A DNA stretch of 64,000 nt, from positions 120,962,001-121,026,000 of the forward strand of contig OX597817.1 of assembly GCA_951406725.2 (NCBI GenBank), read 5' to 3'. Below the pieces are notes generated by a model. It saw nothing but the letters and a program-made list of their open reading frames with translations, did no database searches and was not told the origin of the DNA. Shown here piece after piece: positions 51,914 to 64,000 of this stretch (its first letter is position 1; each line of letters opens with the position of its first letter). The translations under genes were made by a program, and so were the position numbers. The stretch is from Octopus vulgaris (lineage: Eukaryota).

Positions 51914-52210
51914 CACATGTGCACACACACACACACATATATATATAATCATTATTTAACAATTGCCTTCAATGCTGGCATGAGTTGGACAGTTTTCCAG
52001 CAGCTGGCCATACAGGAGACTGCACCAAATTTCTATGTCTGTTTTGAATGGTTTTTGAAGCTGGATGCCCTTCCTAACACCATATGTATATATAAATATA
52101 TAAATTTAACTGTATTTATATATGCACATATATATATATATATATGTAAATAGGTAGGGATTAATTAAAGAATTAAAGGTAATGTTTTGTAGTAATCATT
52201 ATTAATATTG

Positions 52211-52250
<40 letters not shown>

Positions 52251-52476
52251 TAAAAATAGGGATGGTGGTTCAACAACAGATGTGTTACAGTTAGACAAAG
52301 TACCTTACATTGTTCCTTTTAACTCCTTGTTTCTTGAATTCAGATTTCACTGAGCTCAACTTTACAGACAATAATATAAAGAACTAGTCAAGTACTGGTG
52401 TTGAGGCTGTACTACTGTATCCTTGGACTGACAAAAGCCTTGTGAGTAGATTTGGTAGACGGAAACTGAAAGAAGC

Positions 52477-52525
<49 letters not shown>

Positions 52526-52531
52526 CACATG

Positions 52532-52573
<42 letters not shown>

Positions 52574-52899
52574 CATAATATACACACACACACATATATA
52601 TATATGCATATATATACATATATATATTATATATATATATACATATATATATAATAGGGTGAATGCTGCTGTTGATTAGCTCCAAGAGGCCATCGCCTCT
52701 AGCTAGCTATGTGACACACGAACCTGAGTTCATTATAACCTTATATATATGTGCATTTATTGGCATATGTATGGGTGCACATGTATATATTTCATGCGAG
52801 TCTGAGTGAGCATAATGCATATAGGCACATGTACGTGGGTGTGTGTGCATGCATGTGTATGTACATACATGCATATGCGATTGCTATGAGCATTTTTAC

Positions 52900-53203
52900 T
52901 TCTTGACTTTTTAGTTTCTCCCCTTTGTTTTTTTTCTCCCTTATTTAACGGTTATTCTAATAGCTCTTTTGTTTTAATAACGGTCACTTAAATAGTAATT
53001 TCTCTTTATTTAACAGTCATTTTCATAGCATTTTTTATTGCCTCAATAACTGACGAGATGCCGGGGGAAGGTTTCTACGTTGACACCCGAAACTCGGTAT
53101 CTTATTATGGCAACCAAATAATTGTCACATATATTACAGATAAATTCCTCTATTTACATAATATCAAGGTCTCATTCATTCTTTTGTTGTCTTACCATTA
53201 CTA

Positions 53204-53205
<2 letters not shown>
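52900..53205 (+). mobile_element. pLTR-like element with type I hammerhead ribozyme motif
   Basis: TTGCC-TC-AATAA|CTGACGA (53050)...GAAA (53089)...ATC|TTATT-AT-GGCAA; upstream triplicated ttatttaacggt.a unit. Confidence 0.72.
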
Positions 53206-53269
<64 letters not shown>

Positions 53270-53600
53270 TATACATATGTATTGTCAAGTACATCAACAT
53301 CAAAATAAAAACTCAAATGGAAATTGTAGTTAAAACATCAGTGCCAGTGACACATAAAAAGCACCAACCGATCGTGGCCATTTGCCAGCCTCCTCTGGCT
53401 TCCAGACCCTAGTCGAACCGTCCAACCCATGCTAGCATGGAAAACAGACGTTAAATGATGATGATGATGATGATGTATATATATATATACATATATATAT
53501 ATGCATGTATATATATATGTATATATATATGAACATACATATATATAAATGCATGTATATATATAAACATACATATATATAAATGCATGTATATATATAA

Positions 53601-53634
<34 letters not shown>

Positions 53635-53706
53635 ATGTATATATATATATATATATATATGTACGTATATATGTATATGTAAGTATATATATGTATGTGT
53701 GTATGG

Positions 53707-53751
<45 letters not shown>

Positions 53752-54093
53752 ATATATATGTATGGATATATATATATGTATGGATGGATATATATATGTA
53801 TGTAGGGATATATATATATATATATATATATACATATGCAATATAGAGTAAAGGTAGGAGAAACCAAAATAAACATGAGTTCATATTACTAGTTCTTATC
53901 TATTTTTCGCTGTTTAGGGTGTTTAATCTGCTGTGGTTAAACACCCAAATGCACTTGTATATCTAATGCAGGGTTCCATCCAACCTGAATGCTGAAACAT
54001 ACATAGGGACTAATAATATAAACTTGTGTTTATCTGAATTCCTTACATATATGCATACACACACACACACATATACATACATACATACATACA

Positions 54094-54127
<34 letters not shown>

Positions 54128-54129
<2 letters not shown>

Positions 54130-54288
54130 GGTGCAGGAGTGACTTCCTTACGAACCACATGGTTTTGGGTTCAGTCCCATTGCATGGCACCTTAGAAAAA
54201 TGTCTTCTGCTATAGCCTCAGGCCAATCAATGCCTTGTGAGTGTATTTAGAAGAACAGAAACTGAAATAAGCCCATTGTATATATATG

Positions 54289-54332
<44 letters not shown>

Positions 54333-54547
54333 TGTTTGTGTGTCTGGGTTTTTTCCCTATTATCATCACTTGACAACCAATGTCGGTGTGTTTACGTTCC
54401 CGTAACTTAGCAGTTTGGCAAAAGAGTCTGTTGGAATAAGCACTAGGCTTACAAAGAATAAGTCCTTCGGTCAATTTGTTTGACTAAAAAAAGGCAGTGC
54501 TCCAGCATAGCCGGAGACAAATTACTGAAACAAATAAAGGATAAAAG
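54128..54547 (+). mobile_element. CORE-SINE family A, full length
   Basis: aggtgcaggagtg...gggttcagtcccattgcatggcacc...actgaaacaaataaaggataaaag. Confidence 0.92.
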
Positions 54548-54587
54548 AATATATCTATATATAGCCATGACAAATATATTTTGTGAA

Positions 54588-54775
54588 TTTTTTTTTGTGA
54601 CTTATGGATTTTTAGGCAGCTTAATATTGGCTGTAATGGATATATAATACTCTCCATTTTGATTAATACACCTACTCTGTTGACCAATACGTGCGGGCAT
54701 TTATTTTTTTTCTGATTTATGCATTCTTAGACAGCTTAAGCTCGGCTATAATGGATATATATTACTGTACACTTC

Positions 54776-54780
<5 letters not shown>
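54588..54780. repeat. Roughly 80-bp partial tandem duplication between microsatellites
   Basis: ttag.cagcttaa...ggct.taatggatatata.tact at about 54612 and 54727. Confidence 0.8.
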
Positions 54781-54825
<45 letters not shown>

Positions 54826-54838
54826 ATATATATATATG

Positions 54839-55049
54839 ATTTCAACAATATTAAGGAATGACCCTATAGGCCATTCGATCCACTGGTTTACCAAAGTGTC
54901 GAAACTATGCATAGTCCAAAGATGATAAGGGTAAATGTGTTTATTTCTCCTTTGGTTTCAGAATTACAACTATTTAGGGGTTTGAGTTTGGCTGCTCTTT
55001 CTAGTGGGTCGAATGGCCTATCAGGGCCATTCCTTAATGTTGTTGAAAT
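54839..55049 (+). mobile_element. Fold-back element in (TA)n with hammerhead 3' half
   Basis: 48-bp inverted repeat 54839-54886/55001-55049; GAA-ACTATGCATAGT-C at 54901-54916. Confidence 0.7.
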
Positions 55050-55620
55050 TATATATATATTGTCTGTGACTATTTCTCTTTCTCACTAGACCGCTGGTGG
55101 CAAAAAATTTTTCTTGAATTTTTTGCTACCCTTATATTGATTAATTGATATATATATATATATGTATATATATGTTTATATATATGCTTATATATATGTT
55201 TATATATATATGTATAAATATATGAATATATATGTATATTTATAAAAAGTGTAGATGGCTACTACTACAGCCAATGAACTGCTGCTACAACTCCAACCAT
55301 CACCACCACGGTTACTACTACTACTACTACTACTACTAGGACCAATGGTCACTGCTACTACTGCTATTATGGCCAATGATCCTTTTCACAATTATAGCCA
55401 ACGAATCTAGTCAATGCACAACACAGCCACCCCCCCCCCTACAAAACACCACCACGTGGACTCTGTTGAGACTAGTAAGAAACAATTATGAACTTTTTTA
55501 TTACACTTAACTTTTTAAAATATTTTGGCTCAGGTTCGTTTTTTCAAGAAGAACCGAAACATGTAAATTCTCTAAGAAAATTAAAATTTATTTTATATAG
55601 TGGCATTTTTAAACTTCTTT

Positions 55621-55652
<32 letters not shown>

Positions 55653-55659
55653 GTTGAAA

Positions 55660-55850
55660 TATACAGTAAAACAAAAGCTGTTGACAGGAGTATGAACAAC
55701 AAGCAGTTGTATTAGATTGATGCTCAGGAAAGTGAGAAAGTCTTTTATGTTTTGAGCCTATGTTCATCAGCAGAAAGGAATAAGGGAAAATAAACAGAGT
55801 GAGAATAAAAAAATATCTTGTGTATTTAGCAATCAAGCATGGTGACTGGT
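55660..55850 (-). mobile_element. Family P pLTR-like element
   Basis: Minus strand cctttctgctgatgaacataggctcaaaacataaaagact. Confidence 0.65.
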
Positions 55851-56486
55851 TGGAGCAAAATAGGTTTGGCAGGAGAAATAGAAAGAAGGGGAGATAATAA
55901 AGTATTGGTGATCCCAAAACAAAGGTGAGCATGCATGTGTATGTATGTGAGAATGTGTATGTATGTGGATAGGGGCTAGTGACTTTGACGTGTGTCGATG
56001 TATGCATGTGTAATTGTGCATCTGTAATGTGTATATATCATATAAATTTATATTAAGGGCAAGCAAGTAAGTACAAAGGCTTAGCCACATGCTGAAAGAA
56101 GATGCCAAATGGCTCTAAACTACCTTAAATATCACAATAAACATGTATTGAACTTGGGGGAATAAACAGAAAAGGTTCACAAAAAGATTCAATTACATAT
56201 CAATTGAGTTCAAGATTATGGAGAAATTCCCATTTTCCATAATCATTGAAATATTACCCAATGCACATTAATACGAACAACTGTACATACATATGTGTAT
56301 ATATACATGTATCTATATCTATATCTATATATATCATCATCATCATATGTTTATAGATATGTATATGTATCTGATGGAGAACAAAATAATGGTTTACACC
56401 TGCTAGATGTGTCAAAACAATTGTCGTGATTAATAATAAATTCTTGTATATCCCATCTGTCTTTCATTTGCCATATATATGTGTGT

Positions 56487-56680
56487 GCAATAGATCGTTA
56501 GCCACTACACACATTTTTTTCTCTCCTTGTTTGTTCTGTGTCCCTTTCTGTAGAAGAGCGTAGGCTTGAAATGTAAAAGACTTTTTCTATTCCTGAGCGT
56601 TATACTAATACATCTGTTTGTTTTGTACACCACCTGTCTTTGTCTTTTATTTTTTTCGTAAAACTCTCCCTTTATATATA
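56487..56680 (+). mobile_element. Family P pLTR-like element
   Basis: ccctttctgtagaagagcgtaggcttgaaatgtaaaagact; ends in (TA)n. Confidence 0.7.
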
Positions 56681-56827
56681 TATAAGCCCTAACTGGTTCT
56701 CTCCCCTTGAAGGGGAACTTCCTCCTGCCTTCTATTTCTTAGCTAACACTCCTTCTCTTCATCCTTCATCTCTCACTCTGAAAGCAATCACAGCAACCAC
56801 CAACAGTCACCAGTCAAGTTTCTCATG

Positions 56828-56869
<42 letters not shown>

Positions 56870-56870
<1 letters not shown>

Positions 56871-57403
56871 CACATTCTGTGACCATAATGTCTGAATCAT
56901 CTGAAGGGAGACATCATGAATGAATGTGCTCAAATTAATGTAACTGTGGAATTACTGCATTGGGTTCATGTGAGACTCACAAAGTGCATTTAACTTTGCA
57001 TAACTAATGGAAACCATGTTGAAAAAACAACTGAATGTGGAGGTTGTGTTGGGACCCAAAATACTGTGTTATTTACTTTGAGAGGATCTCTTATAAGGGT
57101 TCGTGGTGCACATAAGCACTTGTAATTATATCATAGACAGTTGACAGATGAAAGTCATTTGCTATGGCTGCCAGTATTGCCAGATCACCTCATTTCACCC
57201 TGCTGTGTATTCCTCAGTGACAGATGTCCAGCAGGGCAATAACAGCCGAATCTCTTCTCATGATATATAGCTCAGTATTCTGTGCTCTAAGCAGGTTAAA
57301 AAAAAACCATTGAAATAAGCACTGAAGTACTGATGACATTAATATGGAACTAAAATCCTTGAATGGCATAAAAGGACCGTTGTCCAGTCATTGAAAGGGT
57401 TAA
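56870..57403 (+). mobile_element. Probable piggyBac 3' remnant
   Basis: TALGSCETHKVHL-(frameshift)-CITNGNHVEK resembles the Cys-rich C-terminus; ends tgaaaggg-TTAA. Confidence 0.45.
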
Positions 57404-58139
57404 AAAAATAAAGGAATGTGTGTGTGTGTGTGTGTGTGTGCTTGAAGGTGATTAAAAAAATCCAAATATACAAATCAAAATATGGAGAGGTTTCAACTAG
57501 AATAGTGTGATCAATATTTTGAAATGCTACACTAATTCCTTATTATCTGTGCCTAAATTATGTATGTAGAAACTATTTGGGTTCCACCTCTATTCTAACT
57601 GGAAGACTGAAAATCATATATAAATTTACATGTGTATGTATGTGCATGTGTCTGCTGTATAAATATACATACATAAATACATACACTCTCGCACACATAT
57701 ATATAAAATACTTTATTTGTATGTTAAATTGAAGATTTACAATAAATAAAAATGTATAATTCTTGTTGTCGTCTGTTAAATTAAACTCTTAAATGATGTA
57801 TGTAGAAAATGTTCAGATTTATGTAGTATGTTAAATGAAAAATCTAAATTATATTCTAATCTATTACTTGTTTCAATGAGCAGGTTTTGCCCATGCTGAG
57901 GTATCAGATAGAAAGTTTTATTTCCAATCCTTTGTTAAACAGTATGCCTAATACTGTATTGCTGAAAAAAATGATGGTGACTGAACTCCTTGCCTATGCT
58001 AAGCTGAGTCCTAAATTATTACATGTTGATGTATCTTAGTTCCAGTCTACTCCACACACACATTTGCACGCACACATATATACAGATACTATTGAAACAA
58101 GTGTATTAATACCTAACATATCCATTTGTTTCATGTCCT

Positions 58140-58312
58140 TGTGGTTGTTGCTAAGTGGTGTTGGCTTGTGTACATTCTTGTAACTTTGTGTTTTGACAAA
58201 AAGAATCTGATAGAACAAGTACCAGACTTTTAAAAAGTACTGGAATTTGACTAAACTCTTCAAGGTAGTACCCCAGCATGGCTGCAGTCCATTGACTAAA
58301 ACAAATAAAACA
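58140..58312 (+). mobile_element. CORE-SINE family A 3' half
   Basis: gtaactttgtgttttgacaaaaagaatctgatagaacaagtacc...ccagcatggctgcagtcc. Confidence 0.8.
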
Positions 58313-58315
58313 TAA

Positions 58316-58358
<43 letters not shown>

Positions 58359-58423
58359 GTTTAAATATATGTTGTGCAAGATTTTTTTTTGGCTAAACTG
58401 GCAATATGACCATTCCGAAATAT

Positions 58424-58486
<63 letters not shown>

Positions 58487-58647
58487 CATTTTTCTATGTA
58501 TGTATGTATATATGCATAGTATATGTTTTTCAATTCAACCCTTTTGTTTAATTGAAAACCTGAATGATGTATAGAAGAAATCCTTTTACATTTTGACATA
58601 CGTTAAATGGAAAACATAAATGTTTATAGACTGAATACATATTAATT

Positions 58648-58762
<115 letters not shown>

Positions 58763-58799
58763 TACATATATATGTAAATATAAACATAAATGTATGTAT

Positions 58800-58878
58800 A
58801 TATGCATATATATATTATTTATGTTATTATATGATTGAACACGATGCATCAATTTCCAAGTAAATTTTATCTTATATC

Positions 58879-58966
<88 letters not shown>

Positions 58967-58986
58967 CATAATATATATATATATAT

Positions 58987-59051
<65 letters not shown>

Positions 59052-59202
59052 GTATATATATCTGTATTTATATATATGAATATATATATTTATATATTAT
59101 TCAAAGGAATCCAATATATATTTATATATATATGCATATATATATTATTTATGTTATTATATGATTGAACACGATGCATCAATTTCCAAGTAAATTTTAT
59201 CT
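58800..59202. repeat. Exact roughly 72-bp duplication bracketing a (TA)n array
   Basis: atatgcatatatattatttatgttattatatgattgaacacgatgcatcaatttccaagtaaattttatct at about 58800 and 59130. Confidence 0.92.
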
Positions 59203-59205
59203 ATC

Positions 59206-59261
<56 letters not shown>

Positions 59262-59930
59262 CAGAGAGAAAGAGAGAGAGACCTTAATACATGTTAAGTT
59301 TCGTTATGCATGTTTTAATTCCAGTGGTGTGCTAAATTGAAACCCTAAATGATGTATGTAGAAAAATATTTTAATTCTTTGTTAAATAAGACCCTAAATC
59401 ATATACACAGAAAATAGTTTCATTACACTGTTAAGTTAAACTTAAGGCTGAAGTCATAGACTCAAGTCATTAACTGTGGATAAATCAATCATTGCACTAC
59501 ATGCTTCAACCAAATAATCTTGTTTGAATTGAACTAAATGAAATATAGAGACTTTTATTAAATTCCCCTGTCACTTAGTGTGTGTGTGTGTGTGTGTGTG
59601 CTAGCTATGTGTGTGTTTGATGTTTCACACCTGTGTCTTGCAAAGTCCTGTAAAATCTGTGTACTTTCCTACAACATAGGAATTGAAAACATCATTGATA
59701 TTGTTGTTGATATTATTATTGTCATTTTTCAAATATTATCAAAACAAATGTGGAAATAATAGAAAATTTGCTAAGTGTTAATGTTTACAGATATTTATGC
59801 AGTTTTCTCATTGTTCTAGGAGAACAGTTCTGTTACCAATTTTCAAAACAAACACATATTTTCTCAGTATTCTATTAAATTCAGTTTTTTATGTAAAAAA
59901 AATATCAACCATGTCAAAAATGTTAAGTAA

Positions 59931-60478
59931 CAGGTGCCAACGTGACTGTGTGGTGAGAAGCTTGCTTTTCAGCCACATGGTTCCAGGTTCAGTCCCACTG
60001 TCTGGCACCTTGGGCAAATGACTTCTGCTATAGCCTCAGGCCAACCAAAACCTTGTGAGTGGATATAACAAATGGAAACGGAAAGAAGCCTGTCGTGTGT
60101 GTGTGTGTGTGTGTGAGTGTGTGTGTGTGTTTGTGTTTATGTGTTATGTGTCTTTGCATCTGTATTTGTCTCCCACCACAACTTGACAACTGATGTTGGT
60201 GTTTTTACTTCCCCATTCTTTAGTGATTTGGCAAAATTGATAGAATAAGTACCATGCCTAACAAAAAAATTAAATAGATAAATACTGGTGTCGATTTATT
60301 CAACTAAAGCTGTATCGGCCTTTTCCTTTCTCTTGGATAACATCAGTGGTGTGGATAGGGGAGGCTGGTATGCATGGGCGACTGCTGGCCTTCCATAAAC
60401 AATCTTGCTCAGACTTGTACCTCAGAGTGTAACTTTCTAGGTGCAATCTCATAATCATTCATGACCGAATGGTGTCTC
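59931..60478 (+). mobile_element. CORE-SINE family A joined to a family C 3' half
   Basis: Family A to ...tcgatttattcaactaaag (about 60309), then aagctgtatcggcc...aactttctaggtgcaat matching the reverse complement of 34460-34635. Confidence 0.88.
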
Positions 60479-60513
60479 CCATATCATTCTCATTAGAATA
60501 GCTTCTTGATATT

Positions 60514-60738
60514 GTTTAACTCTTTTGCATTTAAACTGACCATATCTGGCCCAAATATTCTACCTGTTTCATACTGGTACTGGCTAGATCCAGCCTCTCA
60601 CACTTACAATGTTGTCTTATAACTGAACAGTCATATCATCAAAATCTCAAAGCTATGCGATAATGTATGATTAATACACAAGAAAGTGAATATGTAAGCA
60701 TTACACTTGAAAGAGAAATCTTATATAAAAGGGTTAAC
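60514..60738 (+). mobile_element. piggyBac-type TTAA MITE at the 5' end of the hAT transposase
   Basis: ttaactcttttgcattta...tataaaagggttaa; homologous to 16720-16880. Confidence 0.75.
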
Positions 60739-62204
60739 ATTGCATTGTTTGTTGCTAAGTCTGGGAAGTCTCACACAATTAGAGAAACATTACTTCACCC
60801 AGTTACTGAAGAGGTTTTGTCAGCCGTTGTGCACAAAAAACCCGATAACATTATGAAGAAGGTTCTATTTAGTAATAACACAATTTCTCAAAGCATCAAT
60901 AAAATGGCCATCGGTGTCAAACATCAGCTCATTAATATTCTCCAGTATTCTGAATTTTCTATACAAGTGGATGAACCAACTGCTGTGGACAATCAATGTT
61001 TGATCATGGTATATGTCTGGTATTTCAATGAAGACCTTCAACCTTGGGAGGAAATGCTGTTCACAGAGAAATTGTCACTTGATTCAAGAGGTGCAACTAT
61101 TTTTCATGCTCTCAAGTCTTTCCTTTTTGAACATAATATCCCACTCAGTAATATTCTTGCCTGTGCGTCTGATGGAGTCCCTTCAATGATAGGAAGATAC
61201 AGAGGTTTTTCATCTCTCCTAAAGCGTGAAATTTCTAACCAGATACTGACTGTTCATTGCTTGGCACACTGGCAGCATTTAGTGGCAAAAAATATGAATG
61301 GTAGGTTGAATGATGCGCTACAGTTAGTTATCAAGACTGTGAACAAATTGAAGTCCAGTTCCTCGTCTGATTGAATTTTCCATCAACTTTGTCTGAGAAA
61401 TGGTGAGAAGGGAGGACCATACTAAACTCTTATACCCTACCGAAGTGCAGCAGCTGTCGAAAAGAAACTGTGTTTTACGCTTTGTTGAACTGTTTCATAT
61501 AATCATATCTTTCTTTGAAGATACTCCACTATCCACTTCATTGATGGCTGCAAGGTGCGATATCCTTCTTCTTTGTGATATATTCACAAAATTAAATGAC
61601 TTGAATAAGTTATGGCAAGGAAACAAAAAAACTCTCGTTGATTGTAATTCATTTATCACTACTTTCATTTCGAAATTGGTATTGTATAAGACTAACATTG
61701 TAAAACGTCAATTCCATCAAATTCCACAACTTGATTCTTTGAAAGATGAATTAGTTGATGAGGATTTAACTACATATCACTACCTTTTACAATCATTGCA
61801 TGATAACATGGTGGAGTGATTTCAAGATGTTATTGCGCTGAATATCCCAAATTGGTATAGCAGTCCATTTGAGGTTGATGCAGTTGATAGCAAGGATGAC
61901 ATTCAGGAGGAATTGATAGAATTACAAAATGACAATGACACCACAATGCGATAATGCCGTAATGGCAAAGAGGGTTTGTGGTACCATCAGAGTATATTGA
62001 ATTCCTATCCCAGTCTGTGGAAACATCTGAGATTTCTTTTGCCTACCTCATACCTGGTTGAATCTGGTTTTAACCTCGCTGGAACTTTGCTTTCCCATAA
62101 AAGAATTGGACTGGACATGACACAAAGAGGAGATTTGTGGCTAAAGTTTGAAACCAAATGTTTCTGCACTAGCAGCATCGCACCAGACACATGGTTCTCA
62201 TTAA
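60736..62204 (+). pseudogene. hAT Buster/Charlie-family (ZBED5/SCAND3-like) transposase, 5'-truncated and disabled
   Basis: IALFVAKSGKSHTI, FSIQVDEPT, CASDGVPSMIG, VHCLAH (CxxH), LLYPTEVQQLS, PTSYLVESGF, RGDLWL, HQTHGSH*; stops at 61372 and 61817 plus frameshifts. Confidence 0.95.
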
Positions 62205-62794
62205 AAAGTTTTATTCTTTTCTAAACTAAACCCACAATAAGGGATTTGTAAAAAAACCACATATTTAGTACAAATAGCACTAACAGGGCAATGAGTCTAT
62301 GATATAGTGTATGTGTCAAATGATACGGGGTAGTTAGGGGATTTTGTGTTGGGGGGCTGTGACAAGGTTTTTTTTTACACAGGTGGGCAATGGATGACGA
62401 TGATGAACTTTATTTATGTTTTGCTTCTATATTATTGATTTCTTACCTGAAATTCATTTTGCATGATTTTTTTTCTTATTGTTATTTTACATGATTATTT
62501 TTGGAAGTGACAACTATATTTGATAAAATCAGTTGCAATAAATTACTGGTACTTATTTGGAAAGTTATCTCCCAAAGAATTCTACACTCTGGAAGGTGTA
62601 GATAAAATAAAACAGAATAACAGAGAATAATATGAATCTGTTATATTTTCTATTTTAAATATTTTTTCTGCCCTCAGAAATGGTATAAACAGCAACAAGA
62701 ACCGGATGAACTTAACGAGTTAACATTTACGAAAAATAAAACCAGAAAGTATCATATTGAAAATTCATATATATTGTAAGTATTATATATAAAT

Positions 62795-63140
<346 letters not shown>

Positions 63141-63600
63141 TTATTCTGGTAGAGAAGCTTTAGCAGATGCATTTTTATTTTATATTTTCACATACAGACC
63201 CAAAGAGTTATCTGATGTAGCTTAAGTATCCAAAACCTAACAACACCAAAAACACATTAGACTAAACAGAAAGAAAAAAAAAATGTTAAAACTGAATTGG
63301 AGGAAAAGAATTGCTGGCACTTTATTTATTTATTTATTTATCTATGTATTTATTTATTTATTTATTTTCCTTTTAATTTAATTTGCCAAACAATGTTTGG
63401 TAAATCTCCAGCAGCATCTGTACCTCCTAAATGTTCTAATTCGATCAGAGCCATAAATCCTGCCAAAGAACCATTTTTATTCTGCTGAACTTGTTTTTCA
63501 TTTGAGTAAATCGAAATTGCATGGCTATTCTTTGAAGAATCAGTTCTCAAGTCATATAACAAGACACATAAAGGAACTGTAGGGAGATTCTAATCTGAAA

Positions 63601-63812
63601 GCTGTTGCTGCTGCTGCTGTAGCTGTTGCTACTGCTGCTGCTGCTGCTGCTACTATTCTAATTTACTATAAATACTACAGCTTGTACTGTTTTAGCTGCT
63701 GCTACTACTACCTCTACTACTACTACTACTACTGCTGCTGCTACAACAATACTACTGCTACTGCTACAATACTGCTACAATACTACTACTACTACAACAA
63801 CAACAACAAGTA
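63601..63812. repeat. (GCT)n/(ACT)n/(AAC)n trinucleotide tract
   Basis: Directly visible. Confidence 0.92.
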
Positions 63813-64000
63813 CTGTGACTAAGTTGTTAGATGATTGGGTTTTACTTTATAATTTAGATTTTGAAACAAGCTTTGTTTTCTATTTGTGTGTGTGTGTGTT
63901 CATTCATTAATTTGTTTGCTTTACTTCTGTTTTATTTTCTACTAAAATGGATTAGACTAATACATATTACAGAGGAATTGTTTTACAGCTTCTCTGTCTT

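Noticed and set aside
60667-61374. Intact domesticated ZBED5/SCAND3-like gene
   Set aside because: The N-terminus is MITE-derived, the BED finger is missing, and stops and frameshifts precede the catalytic Glu.
63601-63812. Poly-Ala/Gln/Thr coding tract
   Set aside because: Simple trinucleotide repeat with stops and no splice context.

Overview
AT-rich eukaryotic DNA, dense in microsatellites and retroposons. The SINE repertoire and (TA)n/(CA)n load point to a coleoid cephalopod, most likely Octopus (inferred from recognised repeat families, not a search). No intact host protein-coding gene, RNA gene or CRISPR array can be supported; the window looks intronic or intergenic. Contents: dozens of tRNA-derived SINEs (CORE-type with interchangeable tails, Meta-type, others), decayed LINE fragments (three RTE 3' ends, a CR1/L2-type APE endonuclease, an RNase H plus zinc-knuckle 3' region), decayed DNA transposons (mariner, a second Tc1/mariner C-terminus, a hAT Buster/Charlie transposase, piggyBac-type TTAA MITEs) and a (TAA)n-embedded element. 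The most unusual signal is a set of short, sequence-unrelated elements between microsatellites that carry hammerhead-ribozyme core remnants (CTGAnGA...GAAA plus palindromic stem III plus NUH), some folded back into 50-80 bp inverted repeats, concentrated at 52.6-56.7 kb. They resemble Penelope-like pseudo-LTR or retrozyme remnants. A few unique, CpG-retaining segments with splice signals may be exons or regulatory elements. Nearly all ORFs in the supplied track are microsatellite or SINE artefacts.
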